A program made the position numbers and the translations under genes. The notes beneath the pieces were generated by a model that was not told where the DNA came from, ran no database searches, and saw only the letters and a list, made by a program, of their open reading frames with translations. 64,000 nucleotides of DNA from Candidatus Uhrbacteria bacterium (lineage in GTDB: Bacteria > Patescibacteriota > Patescibacteriia > UBA9934 > GWF2-40-263), in assembly GCA_026395055.1 (NCBI GenBank), contig JAPLZK010000003.1, forward strand, positions 35,855-99,854, written 5' to 3'. Numbering within the stretch: position 1 is the first letter of the stretch; every line of letters begins with the position of its first letter. Below, one piece after another: positions 40,477-49,489 of this stretch.

Positions 40477-40568
40477 CTGAATCGAAGCCACACAACCGGA
40501 CTCAACCGACTCGTGGAGAGGTCGGTTTTTTTGCTGGCGTCGATCGAAAAGTCAATAGTCACGCGCCG

Positions 40569-41120
40569 TCAGGCAACCACTCGGCAATTCGTGGCATTCA
40601 CTTTCTCGATCTCCGCCGCCAAAGTCGTATCCGCCAACCCGGCATAATGCTTCGCCGTTGTCGACACGTCCGCATGCCCGAGCATCCGCGACACGTAGAA
40701 GAGCGGCACGCCGCACTCAAGCCACCGCGCCCCACATGACCGTCGCAAACCATGAAAATCAATCTGGCGTACTTTCGCCTTCTTGCACGCGGCGACAGTG
40801 TCGCGGCGCAGGTTTCCTTTTCCGAACGTCCCTTGCGAGAACATGTAGCCGTCCGTGCCCCAGAGGCTCTTGGCCTCATCAAGAAGCTCGATCGCTCGGT
40901 CGTCGAGCGGGATTGCCCGTGCGCGAGATGACTTCGAAACCGGCACCGAGATCGCCGGACGACCAACCGTGCCGTGAATCGGGCAAGCACATCGTCGTTG
41001 ACGAGGCCCAAGCACGAGAACTCGCCGGTGGCCATGTCGGTCCAGTGCCAGATTCGTTCCAGGGCCGCGGCGTCGATCCAGACCCGCGGGCCCGTCCTGA
41101 TTTTCATGGAGTTTCTCCAA
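40569..41120 (-). pseudogene. Tyrosine-recombinase (phage-integrase family) C-terminal catalytic fragment
   Basis: 'RAIPLDD…FHGLRRSCGARWLECGVPLFYVSRMLGHADVSTTAKHYAGL' (K…HxxR…Y present). No box I Arg or N-terminal domain. The N-terminal part of the ORF is junk-like. Confidence 0.55.
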
Positions 41121-41285
41121 AATGGAGCAGCCCAGCCCCTGTCGAACTTCGGCAAGGGCTGGGTGCTCAGGTTGTTGTCGTGGTGCGTGACGCGGCGACT
41201 ATTCGTCGTCCTCGTGGTCCGAGCCGGGGCGGCGAGCTATGAGCTCGTCCTGCGTCAACGACTAGCTCGCGGAGAACCTGTTCTG

Positions 41286-42233
41286 ATGTCGGAACAGGCG
41301 GAACAATCATTCTCCGAATTCGCCGCTGAATGGTTTCGGACGTATGTGCAAACCAACAACAAGCCCAGCGAGCAACGCACGAAGATGCTTAATCTGAAGA
41401 ATCATCTTCTCCCGTTCTTCGGACGGCTTCCTTTGAAGAAGATCAGTTCTTCACTCGTCGAACAATACAAAGCGAAGAAACTCAGCGAGAACCTGTCACC
41501 GAAGACGGTGAACAACCATCTCGTTGTTCTCAGCAAGTGCCTTCATACCGCGAAGGATTGGGGACACGTCAACGACTGCCCGACCATCAAACATTTGAAG
41601 ACAGTATCCCAGCGACTTGATTTTCTGAGCCCGATCGAAAGCCAACAGCTCATTGAAAACGCCAGCTACCCGATGTGGCAGGAAATGGTCTTCCTGGCAC
41701 TCCGGACGGGGATGCGACTAGGTGAACTCTTCGGCCTGGAATGGCAAGACATCGATTTTCCCCGTCGACTACTCACGGTGCAACGGTCAATCGTTCAAGG
41801 AATTGTCGGAACGCCGAAGAACGGAAAGACGCGGCACATACCGCTAACAACGGACGTGTGCAGGGCGTTGTTCGAAATGCGCCAACCGGCGGGACTCGTC
41901 TTCGCGCGTCCAGATGGTTCACCTCTATCACATATCATGGCGCAGAATGCGATTCGACAGGTATGCAAACGTGCTGACGTCCGAAGGGTGTCGTGGCACA
42001 TTCTCAGGCACACGTTTGCATCGCAGCTGGCCACTCGTGGCGTTCCACTCACCGCCATCAAGGAGTTGCTTGGTCATTCATCTATCACGATGACCATGCG
42101 ATATGCGCACCTTGCGCCATCCACATTGCGCGATGCCGTTAATGTCCTTGAAAACCAAAAATCGCCCGAAAAGGAATCTCTTGGGCAACCGGTGGGCAAC
42201 GGAACCGCTTCCGTGGCAAATATGCGTGTCTAG
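41286..42233 (+). CDS. Tyrosine recombinase/integrase (phage integrase family)
   Basis: N-terminal SAM-like core-binding region, box I 'LRTGMRLGEL', 'KTRHIPL', box II 'HILRHTFASQLATRGVPLTAIKELLGHSSITMTMRYAHL'. Start chosen at MSEQAEQ; the track ORF 40974 extends upstream over the opposite-strand fragment. Confidence 0.8.
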   Translation: MSEQAEQSFSEFAAEWFRTYVQTNNKPSEQRTKMLNLKNHLLPFFGRLPLKKISSSLVEQYKAKKLSENLSPKTVNNHLVVLSKCLHTAKDWGHVNDCPTIKHLKTVSQRLDFLSPIESQQLIENASYPMWQEMVFLALRTGMRLGELFGLEWQDIDFPRRLLTVQRSIVQGIVGTPKNGKTRHIPLTTDVCRALFEMRQPAGLVFARPDGSPLSHIMAQNAIRQVCKRADVRRVSWHILRHTFASQLATRGVPLTAIKELLGHSSITMTMRYAHLAPSTLRDAVNVLENQKSPEKESLGQPVGNGTASVANMRV

Positions 42234-42288
42234 TTTCTCCAGAATGTGCACATTCACTGCACTTTCTGTCTATTACATGGTCTGATTC

Positions 42289-42356
42289 ATGGCTCGGAGT
42301 CCGGGAACAAGTGACAACCGTAATTGAAAGGAGTTTATCGACCGCTAATGATGCCC
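42289..42356. repeat. Right 68-bp direct repeat (putative attR)
   Basis: 68/68 identity with 37227–37294. Confidence 0.8.
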
Positions 42357-42414
42357 GTTACGATTCTGCTTGAACACGGTACGATGGAGTCACTAATTCA
42401 CTCATGTCATTTTC

Positions 42415-43431
42415 ATGTCAGTCATCATCTATGCTCGTGTCTCAACCGAGGAACAAGCCGAAACTGATTTATCGATTCCAGCACAGATTCGAGCCATGCA
42501 GGCTTATGCAGCAGGCACGCTCAATAAACCAATCGTTCAGGAATTCCAAGATGTGGCATCTGGTCGTTCAATGAAGGGGCGATCTGGTCTCCTTGCTGCA
42601 ATAAAATTTGCGAGTTTGCGTAAGGAAGTCGATACGTTTTTGGTTCATCGGATAGATCGCTTATCACGAGACATCGCCGATTATCATGTGATAAAGGCTA
42701 CGCTTGCAAAACACGGTATTCGTCTTGTTTCCGTCGTTGAACACACGGACAATACACCGGCTGGCGAACTCATGGAGAATATTTTCGCGTCGTTTGCTCA
42801 ATTCACCAGTGCGAAGATTGGATTTGAGGTGAGAAAAAGTTTGGAAGAACGGCTGCGACGTGGTGAGTGGACGGCGCAAGCTCCCGTTGGATATTTGCTC
42901 AAACAAAAGAAGTTGGTTCCAGATCCTGCCCGAGCACGTTTTGTACGCGAGGCGTTTCGGCGTTACGCGACGGAAACAATCAGTGTGTCACAACTTGCTC
43001 GCGAACTCGCTGAAATAGGATTCGTTGGTAAGCACGGAAAACCAATCGCCATCAACCGCATTTATACGATGTTGCACAACCCAATTTACATTGGTCGATT
43101 GAAAACGTCATTCGGTGAATTCCCAGGTAAACACCAACCGCTGATTGACGAAAATGTCTTTGAAATCTGTCAGAAACGGCTCAATCATGGTCGCGGAAAA
43201 GTTGCTCCTCGCCAAGCACAACATTTTCCTCTTGCGGGACAACTAAATTGTCCAACATGTGGAAGGGTCCTCATTGGCGAACACCACATCAAGAAAAGCG
43301 GAAGGGAATATCGGTACTACCGCTGTCATAATACAAAATGTCACTATTCAATTCATGCAGACGAGGTCGAGGCAAATATGACCATCATCGGAGACATACC
43401 ACCAAAGGTTCAATCAGATGATCTGAATTGA
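42415..43431 (+). CDS. Serine recombinase (resolvase N-domain + recombinase domain + C-terminal Zn ribbon)
   Basis: 'IIYARVSTEEQ' (catalytic Ser), 'VHRIDRLSRD', recombinase-domain 'YLLKQKKLVPDP', Zn ribbon 'CPTCGRVL…YYRCHNTKCHY'. Confidence 0.75.
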   Translation: MSVIIYARVSTEEQAETDLSIPAQIRAMQAYAAGTLNKPIVQEFQDVASGRSMKGRSGLLAAIKFASLRKEVDTFLVHRIDRLSRDIADYHVIKATLAKHGIRLVSVVEHTDNTPAGELMENIFASFAQFTSAKIGFEVRKSLEERLRRGEWTAQAPVGYLLKQKKLVPDPARARFVREAFRRYATETISVSQLARELAEIGFVGKHGKPIAINRIYTMLHNPIYIGRLKTSFGEFPGKHQPLIDENVFEICQKRLNHGRGKVAPRQAQHFPLAGQLNCPTCGRVLIGEHHIKKSGREYRYYRCHNTKCHYSIHADEVEANMTIIGDIPPKVQSDDLN

Positions 43432-43505
43432 TACCCCAACAGAATTCTTTCAACGCAAAAACTGCTCTGTTGAGCAGTTGCGGGATCGATATCCAGTTGA
43501 TTGTA

Positions 43506-43580
43506 TGGCTCCGAGGGTGGGGATCGAACCCACGACCATCTCGTTAACAGCGAGCCGCTCTGCCGCTGAGCTACCTCGGA
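43506..43580 (-). tRNA. tRNA-Asn (anticodon GTT) with encoded CCA
   Basis: Reverse complement reads TCCGAGG-TA-GCTC-AGCGGCA-GAGC-G-GCTCG-CTGTTAA-CGAGA-TGGTC-GTGGG-TTCGATC-CCCAC-CCTCGGA-G-CCA. Confidence 0.8.
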
Positions 43581-43825
43581 ATGTGTACTTTTGATTTTAG
43601 AAATTCTTTTCCAAAACCAGACTTAAACTTTTTCTCTTGTTGTCTTGCTTCCAGTCTTGTCTCAACTTCCAGTGTATATAAGATACTCCATGGAAGATAG
43701 GCTTTTGTCGAAGTCACTTGACCAGCATTATGTTCCTTTAATCGACGTTCAAGATGTTCGCTGAAGCCGACATATATTCGACCATCGCGTTCGCTTCTTA
43801 AAGCGTAGACTGTAAACATAACCAT
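43571..43825 (-). CDS. Small GIY-YIG nuclease family protein
   Basis: 'VYALRSERDGRIYVGFSEHLERRLKEHN' is a classic GIY-YIG. The start codon lies inside the upstream tRNA-fragment copy and the last 10 nt overlap the tRNA-Asn 5' end. Confidence 0.7.
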   Translation of the reverse strand: MVMFTVYALRSERDGRIYVGFSEHLERRLKEHNAGQVTSTKAYLPWSILYTLEVETRLEARQQEKKFKSGFGKEFLKSKVHIPR

Positions 43826-43887
43826 CTCGTTAACAGCGACCCGCTCCCTGCCTGCCGGCAGGCAGGTGCCGCTGAGCTACCTCGGAA
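43821..43887 (-). pseudogene. Duplicated 5' portion (nt 1 to about 47) of tRNA-Asn carrying a 20-bp perfect palindrome insertion in the D-loop
   Basis: Matches the tRNA-Asn 5' half except for CCTGCCTGCCGGCAGGCAGG inserted at 43847–43866 and one substitution. Confidence 0.6.
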
Positions 43888-43923
43888 TGTGGAGCGAGGA
43901 GATTATAACATGAGGATCTGAAA

Positions 43924-44403
43924 ATGCAAGATTCCTCATTCCTTACTGTATTGAGTGAATTTGAGGTGGTGTATCGGTTTTTTCGAACTGTGTTGGAACT
44001 GCTATACTGTTCTCATATGCGTGATCCTAAACGATACATAGTTCTTTTTAAAATTGTTGGAACAGTGTTCGTTGTTGTTTTGGCAGTATTTATCCTCTTT
44101 AAACTGATTTCCACGCAAACAGCAAACAAAATCGTCCCTGTTCGTGACATGAATGGTGCGTCCATGAATAATAATGGGCAGAGAACGGTTCCTCCCCCTC
44201 AATCGCCTGGAGATTCAACGTCGCTTCTCATTCAAACTTGCCCAGAGGCTTGGTATGGAGATCAGATGCCAAAAGTGATTGGAGGATCGAGAACACAGAC
44301 AAATGAATACATGATCATGAATGGAAAGCGGGTGGAGATGAATCAAGTGGATGTGGCTTGGGTGCTTACACATTGTCAGGTAAAAAAGCAATCGGTGTTC
44401 TAA
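43924..44403 (+). CDS. Hypothetical membrane-anchored protein
   Basis: One TM ('IVLFKIVGTVFVVVLAVFILF'). Start may be the internal MRDPKRY. Confidence 0.35.
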   Translation: MQDSSFLTVLSEFEVVYRFFRTVLELLYCSHMRDPKRYIVLFKIVGTVFVVVLAVFILFKLISTQTANKIVPVRDMNGASMNNNGQRTVPPPQSPGDSTSLLIQTCPEAWYGDQMPKVIGGSRTQTNEYMIMNGKRVEMNQVDVAWVLTHCQVKKQSVF

Positions 44404-44412
44404 ATACGGCTT

Positions 44413-47400
44413 GTGTTGTTGATTATGTCTCATCGAGATAAAAAAAATGAAAAGGGCGTGTGGTTTTTTGGCGCTGTCGCTTTTTTGTTTTTTCTTCTTC
44501 CTGGTTCGTTGTATGCCAAGTCTTTAACAGGGTTTTCTTTGCGTGCCCTCGAACATCCACTTTCTCAAGAGAAAACAGAAACTGTTTCACAAAATCAAAA
44601 GACAACACCGGTACAAGCGAGTGCGGATTTATTGCCAGTCGTTCAAAATGCGGAGTCATTAAAGACATATGTTGACGGGGAAGTGCTTGTGAAATTCAAA
44701 GACTCTGTGTTGAATTTAAGGGGTGGTCATAACGGTTCTCGATCCTTTGCATTTGCCTCCTCAAGAAACTTGGAGAAAAAAGAAGACGTCCCAAATAATA
44801 ACATCTCTCTATTTTCTTCAAGAAAAAATACAAAAGGACAAAGAGAGACGGTTCAACAAATGATGAATCGATTGCAAAAAGATCCAAGTGTCGAATCTGT
44901 TCAACCAAACTTTTTGTATGAAACAAAATCTATTGCTACAGACGATACATTCAAGAATTTATTGTGGGGTCTCGATAATACGGGGCAGGTTGTTGATTCC
45001 GTAACAGGAATAGCAGATGCAGATGTGGATGCGCCAGAAGCGTGGGCGATCAACGAAGGAACAAACGCGAGTGTGATCGTTGCGATTATCGACACGGGTG
45101 TTGCATATAATCATCCGGATTTGATTGGAAGCATGTGGGACGGAACGAATTGTGTGAGTGATACGAATACGGTGCTTGGAGATTGTAATCACGGTTACGA
45201 TTTTGAAGATTCCGATAAAACCCCTCTTCCAACGTCAAATACACACGGAACACATTTGGCCGGAACCATCGCGGCCATGAAAAATAATGGGAAAGGAATT
45301 ATTGGACTCGCGCCAAATGCAAAAATCATGGCGCTTAAGGTGGATCTTACAACATCGGAAATTATTAAGGCGATCAACTTCGCTAAGTTCAATGGGGCAA
45401 AGGTGATTAACGCAAGTTGGGGTGGTCCAGATTTTGATGCAGCCATGAAAGACGCAATCGATCAGTTTCCTGGATTGTTTGTTGCGGCAGCAGCGAACAG
45501 TGCACAAAACAATGATCTCATTCATAATTATCCTTCTGATTACACTTCCACGAACATTATTTCGGTTGCGGCCACAGACCAACTCGATCATTTAGCTTCG
45601 TTTTCAAACTACGGTGCGGTTTCTATTGATGTTGGAGCACCTGGAGTTAATATTTATAGTACGGTTGCAAACTCAACGGTGCTTGATCAAACATTTGAGG
45701 GGGTTGTGTCACCAAATGTTCCGAGTGGGTGGACGACAGCCGGAGAAGGTTCGGCGAACTGGGGTGTCTTTGGAATTACATCGCCTGATACGTATGGATT
45801 CGGATCAGTTTTGTACGGGGATAAAAACGTTCCGTATCTGAATAATGCAGATTCAACCATTGCACTTCCTGCAGTAGACCTTGGAACAGCTGTTCAGGGA
45901 GCCGTTCTTGATTTTACGTCGAGTTGTGATACGGACTTTGATCCTGGGTTGTCTTCTGACTACATGCAACTTGAAGTAAGTACGGATGGAACAACATGGG
46001 TTCCGGAAGGAGACCTTGGAAAATGGAATGAAGACGATTCAACCGTAAATTACGATGAGGTTGCATTTGATGCCACAAGAACATTCATTCATTTTTCTCA
46101 GCAAATTCCAAGCGCGTTTCTCACCGCAGGATTTACGCTACGATTTCGTTGGCATACAGATGCATCTGGTGTTTCGGATGACGGATGTTCCATCAATAAT
46201 TTACAAATCTTAACATTCTCTGATGGCTCAGATGAACTGTATGGATTCATGGATGGAACTTCCATGGCGACGCCGCATGTTGCCGCTCTCGCCGCTTTGT
46301 TGGGAGGATTTAATCCTGATTTAACTTCCGCACAAATTAAGAGTGCGATTTTATCTTCTGGCGATGCGCTTCCTGCTCTGAGTGGAAAAACGGTTTCGGG
46401 AAAAAGAATCAATGCGGCGCGTGCGCTGCAATCGGTGAACCCGGCAAAAGCAATCACCGCATTTTCTTTTGCAACTCCGTCTGTTGTGGGAGAGATCAAT
46501 GAAACAGATCACACAATCGCTCTGACGGTTCCATTTGGAACGGCTGTTACAGCCCTTGTTCCAACAATTGTGACGACGGGTGCTTCTGTGAGTCCATTGA
46601 GTGGGGTTGCACAAGATTTCACATCTCCTGTCACGTATGCTGTGACCGCAGGGAATGGTTCAATCCAAAATTATGTTGTGACCGTCACAATTGAGGTGGA
46701 TCCGAATATTGTTTTGGTTGCTGCAGACAAAGCGGCGCTTCTTGAGAGTGCGATCATTGGAACAAACGAGAATGTTTCTCATATCACGACAGCGCTCACA
46801 AATCCACTTCCGTCGACAGGTCTCGTAAATGGTTCGTTTATTACCTGGGCATCGAATCACACAAGTACCATCTCGAATGATGGACAAACCATTGTAAGAC
46901 CACCGTTTGCCGATGGAGATGTAACCGTTACATTAACCGCAACGATCACAAAAGGATCCGCATCGGATACGAAGATCTTTACACTTACCGTTTTGAAATT
47001 AGCTGCGAGTCCTATATCGACCGTCACTTCGAGTGCGTACACCGTTACAACAGGAGAAACACATAGTGAAACAATATCGGCCGTTCCGTTTGCAATAACA
47101 AAAACAAATTTCCTTGCTGCACTTACAAAAGGAGAGTCACATGAGGTTTGGGATAGTACATTCGTCACAGATCCTGTTGTGACGGGGAATGTTCTTGTTG
47201 TCACAGCGCAAGATGGTGTGACACAGGACACATATACGATTACAGCTGCATTAAATCCCGCAAAAGCCATTGCCGCATTTAACTTTGCCAGTTTTTCTGT
47301 CACAGGATCCATCAACGAGACCTCGCATACGATAACAGCAACGGTTCCAGCTGGGACCACTGTCACAGCACTTGTTCCTGCGATTGTTATTACGGGCGCA

Positions 47401-48228
47401 TCCATCAGTCCTCTCAATGACGTTGCTCAAGATTTTACGAATCCTGTCACGTATACCGTGACGGCTGCCGATGCTTCCATACAGACGTATGTGGTAACTG
47501 TTCGTGTTACAGCATCGAGTGGAGGCGGAGGCAGTGGAGGAGGCGGCGGAGGTGGGGGTGGTGGATCGATTGCTCCTCCACCAACTCCGGTGGTAACAAC
47601 GGTCCCTGCAAAATCAACCACATTAACGAGTCCTGTCTCGATTGTCTCTGCGTCAACAGATGCGGATACACTTGCGGGAATCAAAAAAGATTCGGAAGGA
47701 CATCGCGATGCGCCGTCAACGGCCGAGGTTGGATCTTCGCCATTCAGTCAGGTCGTTGAGCCGATTTCAAACGTGCAAACAGGTTGGCTTGTCCGTGCAA
47801 AGGGAAGTAATAGTGTGTATTACGTGGGAGCAGACGGGAAGCGTCATGTTTTTTGGAACACGCAATCGTATTTTTCTTGGTCAGACTCTTGGAATGATGT
47901 TGTGTGGATTACAGACGCAACACTCCCAACCCTCGCGTTCGGTGCGCCTATTTTGCCAAAGCAAGGAGTCGTTCTTGTAAAAATCGCGAGTGATCCAAAT
48001 GTGTACAAGGTGGAAAGTGATTTGGTGACGGGTGCACCGTATTTGAGAAAAATTACTTCCGAAGCAATTGCTATCCAAATGTATGGCGCACATTGGGCTG
48101 ATTATGTGATCGACCTTGAGCCAACATTGTTTACGCATTATGCACACGGAAAAGATGTTGTGACGGCGGAAGTGGTTGATACAAGCATTATGAAAACGCG
48201 GGCGCAAATCGCCGCATTGAGTCTGTAA
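44413..48228 (+). CDS. Giant secreted subtilisin-like serine protease (peptidase S8) with tandem repeat modules and a poly-Gly linker
   Basis: Signal peptide. Catalytic triad contexts 'VAIIDTGVAYNHPDL' (Asp), 'HGTHLAGTIAA' (His), 'GTSMATPHVAALAALL' (Ser). Two about 85-aa repeats ('NPAKAI[TA]AF.FA..SV.G.INET.HTI…YVVTV') at about 46438–46695 and 47260–47520. 'SSGGGGSGGGGGGGGGGS'. Confidence 0.8.
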   Translation: MLLIMSHRDKKNEKGVWFFGAVAFLFFLLPGSLYAKSLTGFSLRALEHPLSQEKTETVSQNQKTTPVQASADLLPVVQNAESLKTYVDGEVLVKFKDSVLNLRGGHNGSRSFAFASSRNLEKKEDVPNNNISLFSSRKNTKGQRETVQQMMNRLQKDPSVESVQPNFLYETKSIATDDTFKNLLWGLDNTGQVVDSVTGIADADVDAPEAWAINEGTNASVIVAIIDTGVAYNHPDLIGSMWDGTNCVSDTNTVLGDCNHGYDFEDSDKTPLPTSNTHGTHLAGTIAAMKNNGKGIIGLAPNAKIMALKVDLTTSEIIKAINFAKFNGAKVINASWGGPDFDAAMKDAIDQFPGLFVAAAANSAQNNDLIHNYPSDYTSTNIISVAATDQLDHLASFSNYGAVSIDVGAPGVNIYSTVANSTVLDQTFEGVVSPNVPSGWTTAGEGSANWGVFGITSPDTYGFGSVLYGDKNVPYLNNADSTIALPAVDLGTAVQGAVLDFTSSCDTDFDPGLSSDYMQLEVSTDGTTWVPEGDLGKWNEDDSTVNYDEVAFDATRTFIHFSQQIPSAFLTAGFTLRFRWHTDASGVSDDGCSINNLQILTFSDGSDELYGFMDGTSMATPHVAALAALLGGFNPDLTSAQIKSAILSSGDALPALSGKTVSGKRINAARALQSVNPAKAITAFSFATPSVVGEINETDHTIALTVPFGTAVTALVPTIVTTGASVSPLSGVAQDFTSPVTYAVTAGNGSIQNYVVTVTIEVDPNIVLVAADKAALLESAIIGTNENVSHITTALTNPLPSTGLVNGSFITWASNHTSTISNDGQTIVRPPFADGDVTVTLTATITKGSASDTKIFTLTVLKLAASPISTVTSSAYTVTTGETHSETISAVPFAITKTNFLAALTKGESHEVWDSTFVTDPVVTGNVLVVTAQDGVTQDTYTITAALNPAKAIAAFNFASFSVTGSINETSHTITATVPAGTTVTALVPAIVITGASISPLNDVAQDFTNPVTYTVTAADASIQTYVVTVRVTASSGGGGSGGGGGGGGGGSIAPPPTPVVTTVPAKSTTLTSPVSIVSASTDADTLAGIKKDSEGHRDAPSTAEVGSSPFSQVVEPISNVQTGWLVRAKGSNSVYYVGADGKRHVFWNTQSYFSWSDSWNDVVWITDATLPTLAFGAPILPKQGVVLVKIASDPNVYKVESDLVTGAPYLRKITSEAIAIQMYGAHWADYVIDLEPTLFTHYAHGKDVVTAEVVDTSIMKTRAQIAALSL

Positions 48229-48245
48229 CAACAGGATCGCGTCTT

Positions 48246-48995
48246 TTGTTTATGAACGTCATCACGAAAAGAATAGTAAGTGGCGGCACGATTCAATATA
48301 CAGGTTCATTGGATAAGAAAAATATCCTGCTGATTTTAGGTCGCAATAATTTTTTGAAAGATGAAGAGCTTATTCGCTCATTGGTAGACGCACTCACGTC
48401 CGAGAAGATGACGATTGTGTGTTATGAGCATGTGGGTGTCACAACGGCAAAGCGAATCAATCTTGCGTGTGATCAGTTCCTGTCGCGACACAAATGGATT
48501 CCCATTGCTTCGAGAAATTTTTTGAAGATGTGTCTCTTGGTAAAATATCCAAAAGTTTGGCATTATTTTTATCTTGCAAAGATGGATAGCCCAAAGCTTG
48601 TTGTATTTCAGGTAAAGCAATTGCGGAAGTATCTGTCTACAGTTGATGCATCGAAAAATGTTTTTCTTCTTTCTCGATCCGCAAGTGGTCGGGCAGCCGC
48701 ACTTGTAGCAGAGGAACCGGTTGTAAAGAAAATTATTTGTCTTGGCTACCCGTTCAAGCATCTAACCGCATCCGATGAGCAAGAGCGTGTGCGTCCACTT
48801 GCAACAATATCGAAACCTTACTTGATTGTTCAAGGAACGCAGGATGTTTATGGTGGCCGAGAAGTGCTTGATCGATATACGTTCTCGCCAAACGTCTCAT
48901 TCTCGTTTGTTGATGCGGATCATGATTTTCTTGTTTCGAAGGTGGAGTGGGAACGGGTTATGATGGAAGTGAGGGATTTCATCGCGATCTCGTAA
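48246..48995 (+). CDS. Putative alpha/beta-hydrolase-fold protein
   Basis: Secondary-structure-like pattern with 'VFLLSRSASGRAA' nucleophile-elbow-like segment and a 'DADHDF' C-terminus. Weak. Confidence 0.3.
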   Translation: MFMNVITKRIVSGGTIQYTGSLDKKNILLILGRNNFLKDEELIRSLVDALTSEKMTIVCYEHVGVTTAKRINLACDQFLSRHKWIPIASRNFLKMCLLVKYPKVWHYFYLAKMDSPKLVVFQVKQLRKYLSTVDASKNVFLLSRSASGRAAALVAEEPVVKKIICLGYPFKHLTASDEQERVRPLATISKPYLIVQGTQDVYGGREVLDRYTFSPNVSFSFVDADHDFLVSKVEWERVMMEVRDFIAIS

Positions 48996-49010
48996 AAGAA
49001 AAACACTCGA

Positions 49011-49442
49011 TTAACGAGTGTTTTTCTTTTTTGCAGCCTTCTTTCCGCACGGCGGACATAAGCAGCCTTTTGGTTTGATAAATGCATTGAAGTATTCTTT
49101 GCCGTAATCGTAAAGAATTTCTTCTCCTGGTTTGATGTTTTTTGTGGAATAAAGAAAGACGCGATTTCCCGTAATACGCACCTCTGTATTTCCTCGACAG
49201 CTGTGATTTGCGTAGCGTGCGATGTTTAATCGTGTGGTTCCGACGATCGTGTTTCCGTTTTCGAGTTCGAATAAGTATCGCCCCTGAATTTTTTCTGCTT
49301 CTTCATCTGTGACGAGCTTGCCCCAGTATTCGATAATGAATTTGTTCTTTGGAATTTCATTGACAGCAAAAAGCCCGTGCCCAGTTGGGCTTTTCTTTAC
49401 GCGTGTCAGATATTTTTGTGGTCGAGGGAAAGGATATGCCAT
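49011..49442 (-). CDS. SET-domain protein (putative protein-lysine methyltransferase)
   Basis: 'GHGLFA', 'IIEYWG', 'ARYANHSCRGN', 'EILYDYG' and a C-terminal Cys cluster (post-SET). Bidirectional terminator 48995–49032. Confidence 0.65.
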   Translation of the reverse strand: MAYPFPRPQKYLTRVKKSPTGHGLFAVNEIPKNKFIIEYWGKLVTDEEAEKIQGRYLFELENGNTIVGTTRLNIARYANHSCRGNTEVRITGNRVFLYSTKNIKPGEEILYDYGKEYFNAFIKPKGCLCPPCGKKAAKKKNTR

Positions 49443-49489
49443 AAAGAGATCTAAATAGTAGCATAGTTCGTTGTTTCGTCACATCTCGA

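Larger units (their letters stand above)
37227..42356. mobile_element. Integrated element (~5.1 kb) bounded by perfect 68-bp direct repeats; higher GC than the flanks; tyrosine integrase at the right end
   Basis: Identical repeats ATGGCTCGGAGTCCGGGAACAAGTGACAACCGTAATTGAAAGGAGTTTATCGACCGCTAATGATGCCC at 37227–37294 and 42289–42356. Integrase gene ends 56 bp inside the right repeat. GC composition shifts at both repeats. Confidence 0.7.

Noticed and set aside
40974-41285. N-terminal 104-aa extension of the integrase ORF
   Set aside because: It is antisense to the integrase-fragment remnant, with junk-like composition. The SAM-like N-domain of tyrosine recombinases begins near MSEQAEQSFSEFAAEWF.
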